A stretch of DNA of 64,000 bases from Trueperaceae bacterium (GTDB lineage: Bacteria; Deinococcota; Deinococci; Deinococcales; Trueperaceae). The number at the start of each line of letters is the position of its first letter. The first letter of the stretch is position 1. Location: assembly GCA_965215565.1 (NCBI GenBank), contig CBDCDZ010000004.1, forward strand, positions 3,712,001-3,776,000, given 5' to 3'. The notes beneath the pieces are model-generated. The model was not told where the DNA came from. It searched no databases and saw only the letters and a program-made list of their open reading frames with translations. The translations under genes and the position numbers were made by a program. Positions 38,647 to 49,165 of the stretch are shown one piece after another.

Positions 38647-39807
38647 ATGACGCTCACGCCCGGCACGCGCTACGCGCTCACGGAAGAAACGCAAAGAAGG
38701 TTAGACGTCACGGCGCGGCTGCGCCACCTCTTCACGAGTTGGGGTTACGCGGCGGTGGACGTGCCCGTCTTAGAGCCCTATGACCCCACGCACCCCGCCG
38801 CCGAGAGCGCCTTTAAGCTGGGCGGTTTGGAAGGCGACTTGCTCGCGCTGCGCGCCGACTTCACCCCAGCCATCGCGCGCTTAGTCAAGCTGCACTACCC
38901 CGAGGTGACTTCTGGAATGCCGGGGCGCTTCCAGTATTGCGGGCGGCTCTGGCGGACCGTCGTCCCTGACATCGCCCGCACCCGCGAATTCACCGAAGTC
39001 GGCGTCGAACTCGTCGGCGTCTCGAGCCCGAAAGCGGACGCCGAACTCGTCCATCTGGCGCGGGAAGCGGTGCGTGAGGTGGGCTTAGCGCCCCGCGTGG
39101 AGGTAGGCAACCCCGGCTTCGTGCGCCGCCTCTTCGACCTCGCGGAGATTCCGCCTGGTGAGCGTGACGCGCTCGCGAGCGCGATCGACCGCAAAGACGT
39201 GGCGACGCTGCGGACGCTTTTAGAGGCTCACGCCCTGAATCCTGAGTTACGAGCCGCGCTTATGGGCGTGCCTGACCTCTACGGCGACGTGAGTATTCTA
39301 GGGGAGGCGAAGCGGCTCGCGCCTTGGCGGGAGATGAGCGAAGAACTGGCGCGTTTAGAGGTCATTCTGAGCGAGTTCGAGGACGACAGCGAACTCCTCT
39401 TAGACTTAGGCATGGCGCGGCGTCTGAGTTATTACACGGGCGTGACCTTTCGCGCGTACACCTTTGATTTCGGGCAACCGCTGCTGGGCGGCGGACGCTA
39501 CGACGGGGCGCTCCTGCCCTACGCGGCGGGCTTCGCCATCGGGCTGGAGCGCCTGCTGAACGCGGCGCTGGGTGACGCCGCGAAGGTGACGCCGCTCGTA
39601 CTGAGTGTAGACGACGACGCCTCGCGGCACCTCCGCGCGCGCGGCTACAGCGTCGAGCGCGCGCTGGTGCCCGATATGGGCGCGCTCAGGCGCTACGCCC
39701 GCGCGCGCGGTATCCCTTACCTCTTGAGCGCGTCCGGCTTGGAGCCGCTGACGGCGGAGCGCCCCTTTTATGAGGCGTTACAGGGATTGCTCGAGGTGCC
39801 CGCGTGA
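38647..39807 (+). CDS. hisZ: ATP phosphoribosyltransferase regulatory subunit
   Basis: [37 protein letters not shown]; upstream of short hisG. Confidence 0.92.
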   Translation: MTLTPGTRYALTEETQRRLDVTARLRHLFTSWGYAAVDVPVLEPYDPTHPAAESAFKLGGLEGDLLALRADFTPAIARLVKLHYPEVTSGMPGRFQYCGRLWRTVVPDIARTREFTEVGVELVGVSSPKADAELVHLAREAVREVGLAPRVEVGNPGFVRRLFDLAEIPPGERDALASAIDRKDVATLRTLLEAHALNPELRAALMGVPDLYGDVSILGEAKRLAPWREMSEELARLEVILSEFEDDSELLLDLGMARRLSYYTGVTFRAYTFDFGQPLLGGGRYDGALLPYAAGFAIGLERLLNAALGDAAKVTPLVLSVDDDASRHLRARGYSVERALVPDMGALRRYARARGIPYLLSASGLEPLTAERPFYEALQGLLEVPA

Positions 39808-40430
39808 GCACGGGCGCGCACAAGCTGACGCTCGCGCTACCTAAGGGGAGGGTCATGGAGGAGAGCCTGCGCGTTCTGCGCGCGGCGGGGTTGGACGTGC
39901 GGATCGGGAACAGAGGGCGCGCCCTCCGGCACGACGCGGGCGACGCCTTCATCACCGAAATGCGCAACACGGACGTGCCGACGTACGTCGATTTAGGCGT
40001 GGCGGACGCGGGCATCGTCGGCAAAGACGTGCTCTTAGAGTCCGGGCGCGACGTGTACGAGCCGGTGGACTTGGGCTTCGCGGCGTGCCGCTTGTCGCTC
40101 ATCCGCCCGAACGGTGAAACGCACAAACTCCGCCGCGTGGCGAGCAAGTATCCCGCGACGGCGCAGGCGTATCTGCGGCGTCAGGGTGAGAGCGCTGAAG
40201 TCATTAAGCTCGCGGGCAACGTCGAGCTGGCGTGCTTGACGGGCTTGGCGGACGCGGTTATCGATATCGTCGAAACAGGGGGGACGCTGCGGGCGAATGG
40301 GCTTGGAGAGGTCGAGACGATCCTCCACTCGTCTGCGCGCTTCGTGGTGAACCGCGCCGCCCTGAAGCTCAAGGCGGACACCTTAAAGCCGCTTATCGCG
40401 GCGCTAAGAGAGGTTGCGGCGGCGGTTTAG
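39804..40430 (+). CDS. hisG: ATP phosphoribosyltransferase, short form
   Basis: [41 protein letters not shown]. Confidence 0.95.
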   Translation: MSTGAHKLTLALPKGRVMEESLRVLRAAGLDVRIGNRGRALRHDAGDAFITEMRNTDVPTYVDLGVADAGIVGKDVLLESGRDVYEPVDLGFAACRLSLIRPNGETHKLRRVASKYPATAQAYLRRQGESAEVIKLAGNVELACLTGLADAVIDIVETGGTLRANGLGEVETILHSSARFVVNRAALKLKADTLKPLIAALREVAAAV

Positions 40431-40432
40431 GC

Positions 40433-41590
40433 TCAGCGCTCCGTCTTGCGGATGAGGCTCTCCGCCTCGAGCTTCTCCACGTGCGCTCTCAAGTCGCTCG
40501 GCTCCACGCTGAGCGAGCGGGCGACGTCCGCCACCGTGGAGCGGCGGGCGAGTTGCGTCAGGGTCTGCCGCCCGGTGCGTCCGAACTCGCGCTCGAAACG
40601 CATGGCGAGTTCGGTCATGGGGTTTAGGGCGTCGCGCCCGCGCAGCGTGAGATAGTAGCGCTGCTCCTCCCAGCCCGGCGGCTCGCTCGGCAGATGCAAA
40701 CCGGGCGCGCTGTAGGCGGGCGCGTAGAAGCCCAAATCGTTTCGTAACACTTCGGCGGTGTGGGCGATGAAGAGGGTGGGGAGACCCGCGCTGTAGTAGG
40801 TGTAGCCCACCGAGGACACCTCGACGCCGCTACGCTGCTCGCCTACGTCGGTTCGGTCTCCACTTTCGGTTCCTTGCGCCATCCCAAGGAGGCTGGCGCA
40901 AAGCAGCGGTGGCAGGGCGCGCAGCTCGAGCCACGCCTCGCCCTTATCCTCCCTAAGCTGCGCGAACCGCTGGTCAGAAAGCTGCAACGTCGCCCTGAGC
41001 GCACCACTCCCCCAAGAGGTAGCCGTCTCCGTCTTCTTCCCCTCAGCATCTCTATAAGCCTCATGAAACGCCGCGCCGATGCGCCCGCTGAAGAAGAGCA
41101 TGACGCCCTCTTGACGTTCTTGCTCCTGGGTCCTAACCGCGAGCGTGCCGGTGAAGCGCTCCTGGGCGAGCCGCGCGACGAGGGCTCTAAGGTCTGTGTC
41201 GTGAAGGCTCAGCCGTTGGCTGCCGAGCGCGGGCAGCGCGCGGAGCACGGCGCTGTTGCTGCGAGGGAAGTGGCTGCCGAACTGCGGGAGCGTATTAGTT
41301 TCTACGCGGTGGGCGTAGAAGGTAAAGGAGAGGTCCGAGGCGCTCAGCTCGAGCGTCTCACCGAGCGCGAAGCTGCGGTGCTGCCCGCTGTCCCAAAGCC
41401 CCAACCAGTGGCGCGTATCGTGAGGGGTGTCGGAGGTGAACTGCTCGAGCAGCAAGGTCCCCGACGCCCGCATCATCTCCAACGCTTGCAGCGCCCCGTA
41501 GCCCGACTGGTTCCCGAGCGAGCCGCGTACAGGTCCGTTCGACTCCCCGTTCGATCCCCTATTCAACCCCCTGGTCAACACTGTCACCAA
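40433..41590 (-). CDS. Hypothetical protein with a DUF4388/PATAN-like segment and C-terminal HTH
   Basis: DLRALVARLAQERFTGTLAV...GVMLFFSGRIGAA; ends TVADVARSLSV...HVEKLEAESLI. Confidence 0.6.
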   Translation of the reverse strand: MVTVLTRGLNRGSNGESNGPVRGSLGNQSGYGALQALEMMRASGTLLLEQFTSDTPHDTRHWLGLWDSGQHRSFALGETLELSASDLSFTFYAHRVETNTLPQFGSHFPRSNSAVLRALPALGSQRLSLHDTDLRALVARLAQERFTGTLAVRTQEQERQEGVMLFFSGRIGAAFHEAYRDAEGKKTETATSWGSGALRATLQLSDQRFAQLREDKGEAWLELRALPPLLCASLLGMAQGTESGDRTDVGEQRSGVEVSSVGYTYYSAGLPTLFIAHTAEVLRNDLGFYAPAYSAPGLHLPSEPPGWEEQRYYLTLRGRDALNPMTELAMRFEREFGRTGRQTLTQLARRSTVADVARSLSVEPSDLRAHVEKLEAESLIRKTER

Positions 41591-41617
41591 GTCCTCAACC
41601 TTTCCATGCGCACGCCT

Positions 41618-42025
41618 CTACGCCTCTCCCTGCAAAAACGCCTCTAACATCTTTTTATCTTCCTCGAAGCTGAGTTGCGCGAGCGCCCGCTTCGGCGCGA
41701 AGAAGTCGCCCTCCTGAAAGAGCGCCTCGCGTAAGGTAGGCTTGGGTGCGTCCGTACGGAGCGCGAAATAGGTGATCTCTCTAAGTTCGCCTCGGTTGTT
41801 GTGGTAGCGCGTCGTGTGGGTTCTGCTCTCGTCGGGGCACGTCGCGACGACGCCCCCTTCCTCTTCGACCTCGCGCAGCGCCGCCTCTAAGGGGGTCTCG
41901 CCAGGTTCGATGTGCCCTTTCGGAAAGACCCAACTGCCGCTCTTGTGTTTGAGCAGGAGCACGTCGCCCTGCGCGTTGCGCACTACGCCACCCGCTCCCG
42001 GCGTCGCTGATGAAGATTCTGACAC
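41618..42025 (-). CDS. Nudix hydrolase
   Basis: WVFPKGHIEPGETPLEAALREVEEEGG Nudix box. Confidence 0.92.
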   Translation of the reverse strand: MSESSSATPGAGGVVRNAQGDVLLLKHKSGSWVFPKGHIEPGETPLEAALREVEEEGGVVATCPDESRTHTTRYHNNRGELREITYFALRTDAPKPTLREALFQEGDFFAPKRALAQLSFEEDKKMLEAFLQGEA

Positions 42026-42037
42026 CGCTTGCCTCCC

Positions 42038-43705
42038 TTACGGTTGCTGCGCGAAAACGCCGCCCTGCTCGAAAAAGGTGATGATGCCGTCTGCAATGGC
42101 TGCGGCAAGTGTGGTCTGATAGGCGTCAGTGGCGAGCTTGGGACCCTCTTCGGGATGAGAGACGAAACCCGTCTCCACCAAAATCGCGGGCGTGCGGGCG
42201 TTTCTAATGACGTAGAAGATGTTCTTCTGCACGCCTCTGTCGGTTGCGCCCGTCGCGCTGACCATGCGGTCTTGCACCATCTTGGCGAGCGTCAGGCTGT
42301 AGTTGAACTGCTCCTCGCGGAACAGTTCGCCCTCGATACTCGCGACGACTTGCGCCGCCTCGGTCAGCTCCGCGCCGACCTCGCCGCCGCCATTCTCTTC
42401 GACGGCGCGGCTCACGAGCGTGTCGTTGAGCGGCTGACCGAAGACCCACGTCTCCACGCCCTGCGCGTTCGCGTTTTCGGCGGCGTTGGCGTGGATGGAC
42501 AAGAAGAGGTTGTGCTTGTCCGAGGTGGCGAGGTCCGCTCGAGCCGCCAAATCCGCCCGTTTTTCACGTTGTAGGGCGTAGTCGTCGTCGCGCGTCAAGA
42601 TCACCTCGATACCGTTCGCCTCTAAGATGTCGCGCACCTTGAGCGCGATGGCTAAAACCACTTCTTCCTCGCTCGCGTAGCCCTGCGCGCCGGGGTCTCT
42701 GCCACCGTGTCCGGGGTCAATCACCACCGTATGCGTGATGCCCTCGGGCGCGCGCACCTCTTGTGACTCAGCGGGAGCCGTTTGCAGCGTCTCGGCGGGT
42801 TGCCCCTGTAACCCCGGACCGAAGTCCACATAGAGCACCTCGCGCTGCCGTTCGCTCGTCGTGGGCAAAAGCCCGACCTCATACCCTTGTCCCTCTGGGC
42901 TCAGCGGGTAGTCCGTCTGGACGACGAGCGCCAGGTTGCCGTCCACGGAGGTGTAGCCGAGGCTCCCTATGTGCGCCCCCTTCTCCTCTCGGCTAAACGC
43001 CTCGCCGCGCAACCCCGGAAAGGCGATGACCATGTTCGATTCGTCGACTAAAACTGTGTAGGACGCCCCTTCGGGCAAGTCGAGCGCGACGCGCGTCTTG
43101 TCGGCGTGGACGCCCACGCGCGGTCTTTCTAGTGTGACCTCTTGGGTAGACTCCGGTTGAGCGGGTTCGGAAGAGGTCTCCGCAACGGTCTCGGTAGTAT
43201 TTTGCACTGTATCTGGCTCGCTAGAGTCTGGCGAGGCTGTATCGACCTCATCGGGGGTGAACTCGAGCAGCACCACGCGCGTCTCGCTGTCCCACCCTAC
43301 CTCGCCGCCCAACGCCGTTACGAGCGGATTGATCGCGACGTAACTCTGTCCACCCACAAGAATAATCTGCGGGCTGCTGGACGTTTCACCGTCTACGCTC
43401 ACCGTCCCTGAGCGCTCATTCAAACCACGCTGAATGTCGTCGGTGGCGGCGAAAGTGACCGCTCTACCGCCCTGACTGAAATAGAACGCACCCGTGTTCG
43501 GATTGTAACTGTAGCCGACGCCCAGCACGTCGGCGAGCAGGTCAACGCGGGCGAAGGCGTCCGCGGAGTTGCCCTCGGCGATGAAGTAGTAAGGTCCGAC
43601 CTCATCTAAGAGGAGTTCGCCCTCGTAGCCCAGGTAATTGTGTCGCTCTTGCGCCGCAGAGCTAAACACAAGGATAAAAGAGAGGATGACAGCAAGATAC
43701 TTCAC
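42038..43705 (-). CDS. N-acetylmuramoyl-L-alanine amidase (Amidase_3)
   Basis: Signal peptide; VVIDPGHGGRDPGA, LSIHANA, AILVETGFVSH. Confidence 0.92.
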   Translation of the reverse strand: MKYLAVILSFILVFSSAAQERHNYLGYEGELLLDEVGPYYFIAEGNSADAFARVDLLADVLGVGYSYNPNTGAFYFSQGGRAVTFAATDDIQRGLNERSGTVSVDGETSSSPQIILVGGQSYVAINPLVTALGGEVGWDSETRVVLLEFTPDEVDTASPDSSEPDTVQNTTETVAETSSEPAQPESTQEVTLERPRVGVHADKTRVALDLPEGASYTVLVDESNMVIAFPGLRGEAFSREEKGAHIGSLGYTSVDGNLALVVQTDYPLSPEGQGYEVGLLPTTSERQREVLYVDFGPGLQGQPAETLQTAPAESQEVRAPEGITHTVVIDPGHGGRDPGAQGYASEEEVVLAIALKVRDILEANGIEVILTRDDDYALQREKRADLAARADLATSDKHNLFLSIHANAAENANAQGVETWVFGQPLNDTLVSRAVEENGGGEVGAELTEAAQVVASIEGELFREEQFNYSLTLAKMVQDRMVSATGATDRGVQKNIFYVIRNARTPAILVETGFVSHPEEGPKLATDAYQTTLAAAIADGIITFFEQGGVFAQQP

Positions 43706-43812
43706 TCTGTAAGCGAGTCTAACACGCTTTGTGAAAGAGGTTGCTGAGAGATTTGTAACATTTAGGCGGGTATCAAAGTCTGTCTCCCGTTGGTCGGTTC
43801 ACGTTAGTACTC

Positions 43813-43889
43813 GCGCAGCGATGGTGGTCAGGAACGCTCTCACTATGTGAAGCGCTGTATGACACACACGTTTTAAGATGGTATCTGCG
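43813..43889 (+). repeat. Degenerate family A copy
   Basis: TGGTCAGGAACGCTCTCACTATG...CACACAC...AAGATGGTATCTGCG. Confidence 0.65.
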
Positions 43890-43970
43890 GCACTTTGTTT
43901 GAGTATGCCCTATTTCGGCAGCAACCTCTCCCCATAGACGCCCCCGCCGTCCCCTTGCTAGGCTACACGG

Positions 43971-45296
43971 ATGACGACGCTGCTCCGCGCCCAGCTCTTC
44001 CACACGCCGAAAAACCCCTTCACCGAAGCGGACGCTTTGGAGGTTCATGGAGATGGCGCGGTGGCGTTCGCGGAGGGACGCATTCACAACGTAGGGGCAT
44101 TTGACGAGCTTCGCGCTCGGTACCCCGAAGCCGACGCCATAGAGAGGCGGGACTGCGTACTCCTGCCCGGTTTGGTGGATACCCACGTCCATTATCCACA
44201 GGTGCGCATCATCGGCGCAATGGGGCTCAAGTTGCTGGACTGGCTGAGCGAGCGCACGCTACCCGAAGAGGCGCGACTGGCGGATGTGGACTACGCGAAG
44301 GAGGTAGCCGGAGCCTTCGTCCGCTCCCTCTTGCGCAGCGGCACCACCACCGCCCTCGTCTTCGGCTCGCACTTCGCTAGCGCGCAAGAGGTCTTGTTCG
44401 AGGAGGCGGAGCGTACGGGCTTGAGGATAACCAGCGGGCTCGTGTTGTCGGATAGGAAGTTGCTAAGCGAACTCGAGTCCACCCCCGCCCGGTGCTACGA
44501 GGAGAGCGTCGCGCTGCTCAAGAGGTGGCACAACCACAGGCGGCTGCGCTACGCCGTCACGCCGCGCTTCTCGGTCTCGTGCAGCGAGGACATCTTGGAG
44601 GTGTGCGGCGCACTCCTGCGCGAATACCCTGACCTCTTCTTTCAGACGCACCTCAATGAGAGCGTAGAGGAGATTCGCGTCGTCCGCGAGCTTTTTCCGT
44701 GGGCAAAAGATTATTTGGAAACCTACGAACGCTTCGGCTTAGTCGGTCCAAATTCCGTTTTCGCGCACGACGTTCACGTGACGGACGAGGAACTCTCGAG
44801 GCTCGCCAAAGCAAACGCGGGCGTAGCGCACTGCCCCTCCTCCAACGCCTTTATTGGCAGCGGGCTGTTCGACATGGTGCGGCACGTGGCGCACGGCGTC
44901 CCCTTCGCGCTCGGCACGGATGTCGGCGGCGGTACGGGGTTCAGCCTCTTAAAAGAGGGGTTGATGGCGTACCAGACGCAGATGCTGGTCTCGAGTAGAC
45001 AGGGCAGTGTTGACAAGAAGGGCTACGCGCTCAGCCCGGCGCATCTGCTCTACCTAGCGACACAAGCGGGCGCAAACGTGCTCAATTTAGGAGAAGAGGT
45101 TGGCAGTTTGGCGGCGGGTAAGAGCGCGGACTTCGTCCTCTTGCGTCCGCCTGAAAAGAGCAGTCTAGCCGAAGTTTTAGCGCACAGCCCCTCGGCGGAG
45201 GCGAGTTTAGGCGCGCTCTTTACGCTAGCAAGGGAAGACTACGTGCAAGAGGTCTACTTAGCTGGTGAGCCCAAGCTGACCGAACGTTACGAGTGA
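43971..45296 (+). CDS. guaD: Guanine deaminase
   Basis: PGLVDTHVHYPQ, YAVTPRF, QTHLNE, HCPSSN, GTDVGGG. Confidence 0.92.
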   Translation: MTTLLRAQLFHTPKNPFTEADALEVHGDGAVAFAEGRIHNVGAFDELRARYPEADAIERRDCVLLPGLVDTHVHYPQVRIIGAMGLKLLDWLSERTLPEEARLADVDYAKEVAGAFVRSLLRSGTTTALVFGSHFASAQEVLFEEAERTGLRITSGLVLSDRKLLSELESTPARCYEESVALLKRWHNHRRLRYAVTPRFSVSCSEDILEVCGALLREYPDLFFQTHLNESVEEIRVVRELFPWAKDYLETYERFGLVGPNSVFAHDVHVTDEELSRLAKANAGVAHCPSSNAFIGSGLFDMVRHVAHGVPFALGTDVGGGTGFSLLKEGLMAYQTQMLVSSRQGSVDKKGYALSPAHLLYLATQAGANVLNLGEEVGSLAAGKSADFVLLRPPEKSSLAEVLAHSPSAEASLGALFTLAREDYVQEVYLAGEPKLTERYE

Positions 45297-45808
45297 GTCT
45301 TCGTCGGTCTCTTCCGGTTCGGCGCACTGCGAGGGTAGCTCGCCACCTTTTCTTTCTCCTTCTCGTCCACGCTCTCGGTGTCCTCGTCCACCTCTTCCGC
45401 CTGCACCTTTGTGACTGGTACGTTGTCATCTGAGCCGTCGTCCACCACGACGTTCTGAACGGGTTCGCGGCGGGCGGAGAACGAGTCCTCCAACTGAAGC
45501 TGCTTGCGCTGCTCGAGCTGCTTGCGAAACTTCTCGTCGCCCACGAGCTGATACGCGCCGCCCTCTAGGTGGTCGTAAACCGCCTTATAGCTCTGCGTGA
45601 GGTTGTCCACCAGTTCTGCTGTCCGCAGGAAGTGCTCGCTCACGTCCTCGCGGTACACCTCTAGCTCTTCGGTCTTGGCATCGAGTTCTTCTTGCAGTTT
45701 TTTAAGCCTGCGCGAGTTGCGGTAGCGCAGCGTGAAAAAGGCGAAGCCCAAAATGCTGCCCACCACAAAGACCACCACGACGAAAAGCCAAAAATTCTCG
45801 ATATACAT
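45287..45808 (-). CDS. YhcB/ZapG (DUF1043)-like protein
   Basis: One N-terminal TM, then coiled coil LEVYREDVSEHFLRTAELVDNLTQSYKAVYDHL. Confidence 0.75.
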   Translation of the reverse strand: MYIENFWLFVVVVFVVGSILGFAFFTLRYRNSRRLKKLQEELDAKTEELEVYREDVSEHFLRTAELVDNLTQSYKAVYDHLEGGAYQLVGDEKFRKQLEQRKQLQLEDSFSARREPVQNVVVDDGSDDNVPVTKVQAEEVDEDTESVDEKEKEKVASYPRSAPNRKRPTKTHS

Positions 45809-46141
45809 GTGTCCTCCTCTAAACCTTGCTAGGGCAATACACTGATATCCTCACAGCGCCACGCCCGTCATCATCTCAATCGTTACCGCCTCCAGCTTAA
45901 CTGGAGTACGTCAATCTCATCTCTACAGTTTAAGCTAACTCGCCCGCGAAGGGGTGTGACGTGCAAGAGGAGCAGAGGAGGCAGAATATTACCTTCTGTA
46001 TTCTCTTCCTGCCAACTTCTTCACATCCGCGCTTTATCCACTAAAAATTTGCTGAAAAGGTGACGAAAGCACATGAAGATATGAACGGTCTATGAAAAAT
46101 TAGGGTACCCGCAAGGGCACACTCACACTTATAATCATAGG

Positions 46142-48079
46142 GTGGACGCCGTCTCTTGCCCTTCGTGTAGCGCGCCGAACCCCAAGGCGATGCGCTTTTG
46201 CGGCATGTGCGGAGCGCGACTTGCCCCGCACCCGTTAGGGCGCGAGCGGCGGCGGGTGACGGTGGTTTTTATCGATCTGGTGGGTTTTAGTGCGCTCACC
46301 CGTGACTTCGATCCTGAAAAGCTGCGCGACCTAGCCGACGAAATTTTGACCGTCATCGCGGGCATCGTCGAGGACTTCGACGGCTACGTGGACGCTTTTC
46401 AAGGCGACGGGCTCATCGCGCTCTTTGGCGCGCCGCGCTCGCACTCGGACGACCCGGAACGAGCGGTCTTGGCGGCGGCAGCGGGGCTCCGCGCGGTGGA
46501 GACTATCGGGCAGAACAAGGGCATTATGCTCAAAGGGCGCGCGGGCATCAACACGGGCACGGTTATCGCGGGCACAGTGGGTACGCGGCGCGTCAAGGAC
46601 TACACGGTCATGGGCTCGGCGGTGAATCTGGCGGCGCGGCTCGAGGCGGCCGCCTCCCCCGGCGAGGTCTGGGTGGGCGAAGAGACCTTCGAGGCGACGC
46701 GCCACCGCCTCTACTACGCGCCGAGCCCGCCCCTGACGCTGCGCGGCTTCCCCGAGGTGACGCGGGCGTACCACTTCACCGAGCGGATGCACGCCCGCGA
46801 CCCGTACGCGCACTTGAACTTCGTGGGGCGCAAGGAGGAGCGCCAGGTCTTATGGGACGCCCTGGAAGAGGTGCGCCGCACTGCTCAGGTGAAAGAGGTG
46901 CGACTCGTCGGTGAGGCGGGCAGCGGCAAGACGCGGCTCATGCGCGAGTTTTGCAAAGAGGTCAAAAGGCGGCGGGTGGCGCAGGTGGTGTGGCCCCAAC
47001 CCGATCCCTTCACCACGCCCTCCGCCTCATCTCTAAACGCCTCACTAGAACCTCTTCTCCTCAGCGACAACCTCCAAGACACGCCCCTCCTACTCGTCAC
47101 CGAGCCGAGCGCAGCGCAAGAGGCGATGCTCTTAGAGCGGGCGGCGGCAGGCGCACTCGTCGTTCGCCTAACTCGCAAAAGAACCGAAATAAGTGTGGGG
47201 TCTGAAGGCACCTTGCCCCTCGCCCCGCTCAGCACCGAGGAGAGCTTGGCGCTTTTAGGGCAACTTACCCGCCCGGAATTCAAGGTGGCGGCGGAAGCCC
47301 TGGTCACGCAAGTTGGTGGCGTCCCCGCGCACGTCATCGAACTAGGGCGCGCGCTCGGCGCAGCCCGCTTCGGTACCTTGCCCAACTCGCTGACCTCGCT
47401 CTTGCAAGCGCGGCTCGATTTGCTGCCGCAGAGCGCGCGGCAGCTTCTCGCCCAACTCGCCCTCGTGGGCGAGCGCTGCTGGGCGGGTCTCGCTCTTGTC
47501 CTCGCGGCGCAAAACGACCTAGAAACGCTCCTCAAGGAGAATCTGCTCGTGTTAGAGGCGCACACCGCGCTCCCCGGCGAGACGGAGTACCGCTTTCAGA
47601 GCGACCTCTTGCGCAGCGCCGCGCTCCTCATGGTCCCCTTGAGCGAGCGCCCCAAAACGCATCAGCATATCGCGAACTGGCTGGCGAGTCGCAGCCTCGT
47701 CGAAGAGGCGAAAGTGGAGGACATAGCGGCGCTGACGGTGCACCACTTCAGGCAAGCGGGCGACGACGAGGCTGCGTATCCTCACCTCTTGAACGCGGCG
47801 CTGGCGGCGGCTGAAAGAGGCGCGTACGAGGGGCTCGAGACCCTCGCAGCTTTGAACGTTCCCCCGCACCTGCGCGCGCAGAGCGCCCTCGCCTATGCTC
47901 AAACGATGTGGCAACGCGACGCCCAAACCTCCTCTCAGAGACTAGAAGAGGTCAGAGCGTGGCTCGCATCAGAACCTGAAAGCGAGCACGAAGCCTTACG
48001 GACGCAATACGACGAACTGGTGAAAACGCTCAAAGCCGGTGTTCAGATAGGACAAGCGGGCTTGCGCATGGCGAGCTAA
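46142..48079 (+). CDS. Zinc ribbon, class III adenylate/guanylate cyclase and P-loop NTPase protein
   Basis: CxxC...CxxC; VFIDLVGFS, FQGDG, GINTG, GSAVNLAARLE; Walker A GEAGSGKT. Confidence 0.88.
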   Translation: MDAVSCPSCSAPNPKAMRFCGMCGARLAPHPLGRERRRVTVVFIDLVGFSALTRDFDPEKLRDLADEILTVIAGIVEDFDGYVDAFQGDGLIALFGAPRSHSDDPERAVLAAAAGLRAVETIGQNKGIMLKGRAGINTGTVIAGTVGTRRVKDYTVMGSAVNLAARLEAAASPGEVWVGEETFEATRHRLYYAPSPPLTLRGFPEVTRAYHFTERMHARDPYAHLNFVGRKEERQVLWDALEEVRRTAQVKEVRLVGEAGSGKTRLMREFCKEVKRRRVAQVVWPQPDPFTTPSASSLNASLEPLLLSDNLQDTPLLLVTEPSAAQEAMLLERAAAGALVVRLTRKRTEISVGSEGTLPLAPLSTEESLALLGQLTRPEFKVAAEALVTQVGGVPAHVIELGRALGAARFGTLPNSLTSLLQARLDLLPQSARQLLAQLALVGERCWAGLALVLAAQNDLETLLKENLLVLEAHTALPGETEYRFQSDLLRSAALLMVPLSERPKTHQHIANWLASRSLVEEAKVEDIAALTVHHFRQAGDDEAAYPHLLNAALAAAERGAYEGLETLAALNVPPHLRAQSALAYAQTMWQRDAQTSSQRLEEVRAWLASEPESEHEALRTQYDELVKTLKAGVQIGQAGLRMAS

Positions 48080-48095
48080 TTAGAGCTGCTCCATA

Positions 48096-48944
48096 TCACT
48101 TAGGCACCACCTCTTCAGGCGATTTCCCAGGTAACTCTTCCGCCGAGCCGAAGACCACAAACCACGCCCGAAAGCTCGGCTCGACCTCTAGGAGGAGCCT
48201 CGAGACGTCACCCCGGTCAAGCTTCTTGCCGCCTTGCAACCTCTCTCGCAGCGCCGCCGGAAAATCCCACCCTCGCTCCGCCAAAAGCTCCGCCGCCCGG
48301 AGTGTAAACACCCCTTGAAACCAGAGTAGATTACCGAAGTCGAGTTTCCCCCTCGGATACTCAAACGCGCCGAGGTCCGCCCGCTTGACCGTCGTACCGG
48401 CGACTTGCAGCCGCGCCCACGCCGTGAAACGCTCCTTGACGGCGTCTAAACCTGCAGCCTCTAAAGCCGCCAAGAAGAGGTACGTCGCCATAAATTCGTC
48501 CACCCACTTCACGCGGCTGCGAAGCCCTGAAAGGTTCGCCGCCGCGTGTCCCCACTCGTGCCCAATCAAGAGGTCCAAAAACTCGCGCACGTCCCCCGGC
48601 GCGTCCTCGCCCGCTTGCGCCGCCCGCACCAAAATATCGTCCCAACGCCGCAACATCCGCGGCGGATAGTCCGCCGCCGCGACGATGCTCACGCCCCCAC
48701 CTTTTTGCGTGCGCGTGAAGGGTAGACCGTAGGGGTAGCTAAAGAGCTTCTGCCAGTCGCGGCGGCTCACGATGAGGAGTTCGGTATCTGACAGCTCGCC
48801 CAAATGCGGCGCGGCTCCCGCTTGCAACTCGCCCAAAAACCGCCTGAGTTGCGCCGTGCGCCGCTGAGCACCCTTGGAAAAACGCGCAGGCGGCGAGCCG
48901 GGTAGAGGTTGCAAGTAGACCTTGCGGGCGTAGGGGTCACTCAC
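48096..48944 (-). CDS. Hypothetical protein with HExxH (zincin-like) motif
   Basis: IGHEWGH...WVDEFMATY; likely start GTG 48944. Confidence 0.65.
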   Translation of the reverse strand: MSDPYARKVYLQPLPGSPPARFSKGAQRRTAQLRRFLGELQAGAAPHLGELSDTELLIVSRRDWQKLFSYPYGLPFTRTQKGGGVSIVAAADYPPRMLRRWDDILVRAAQAGEDAPGDVREFLDLLIGHEWGHAAANLSGLRSRVKWVDEFMATYLFLAALEAAGLDAVKERFTAWARLQVAGTTVKRADLGAFEYPRGKLDFGNLLWFQGVFTLRAAELLAERGWDFPAALRERLQGGKKLDRGDVSRLLLEVEPSFRAWFVVFGSAEELPGKSPEEVVPK

Positions 48945-49023
48945 GCTTCGGCGCGTGGTTGAGTGGGTTGCGTCATGGGTTAGTGTACCGCGAAGGGCAG
49001 AACGTTTCGTAGACACCTGAACC

Positions 49024-49067
49024 GTCATTCCGAGCGGATGTGAAGACTCTCTACGTTCAGAATGACA
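49024..49067. repeat. GTCAT-type REP-like palindrome
   Basis: GTCATTCCGAGCG...CGTTCAGAATGAC. Confidence 0.5.
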
Positions 49068-49096
49068 TCTTATTCCACCTCTACTCACCAGACCTC

Positions 49097-49156
49097 TTGA
49101 CAACTCATCTACATAGGAATACTATATACTCAATCTGAGTACCTAGTATTCCTATG
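49097..49156 (+). promoter_or_regulatory. Sigma70 promoter overlapped by a 45-bp operator palindrome
   Basis: TTGACA (49097)-17 nt-TACTAT (49120); CATAGGAATACTA-TA-TACTCA-ATC-TGAGTA-CC-TAGTATTCCTATG at 49112-49156. Confidence 0.8.
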
Positions 49157-49165
49157 GAGGTAAAT

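Noticed and set aside
43760..43965. Purine riboswitch upstream of guaD
   Set aside because: No recognisable aptamer core; the region is explained by a family A relic and a leaderless promoter.
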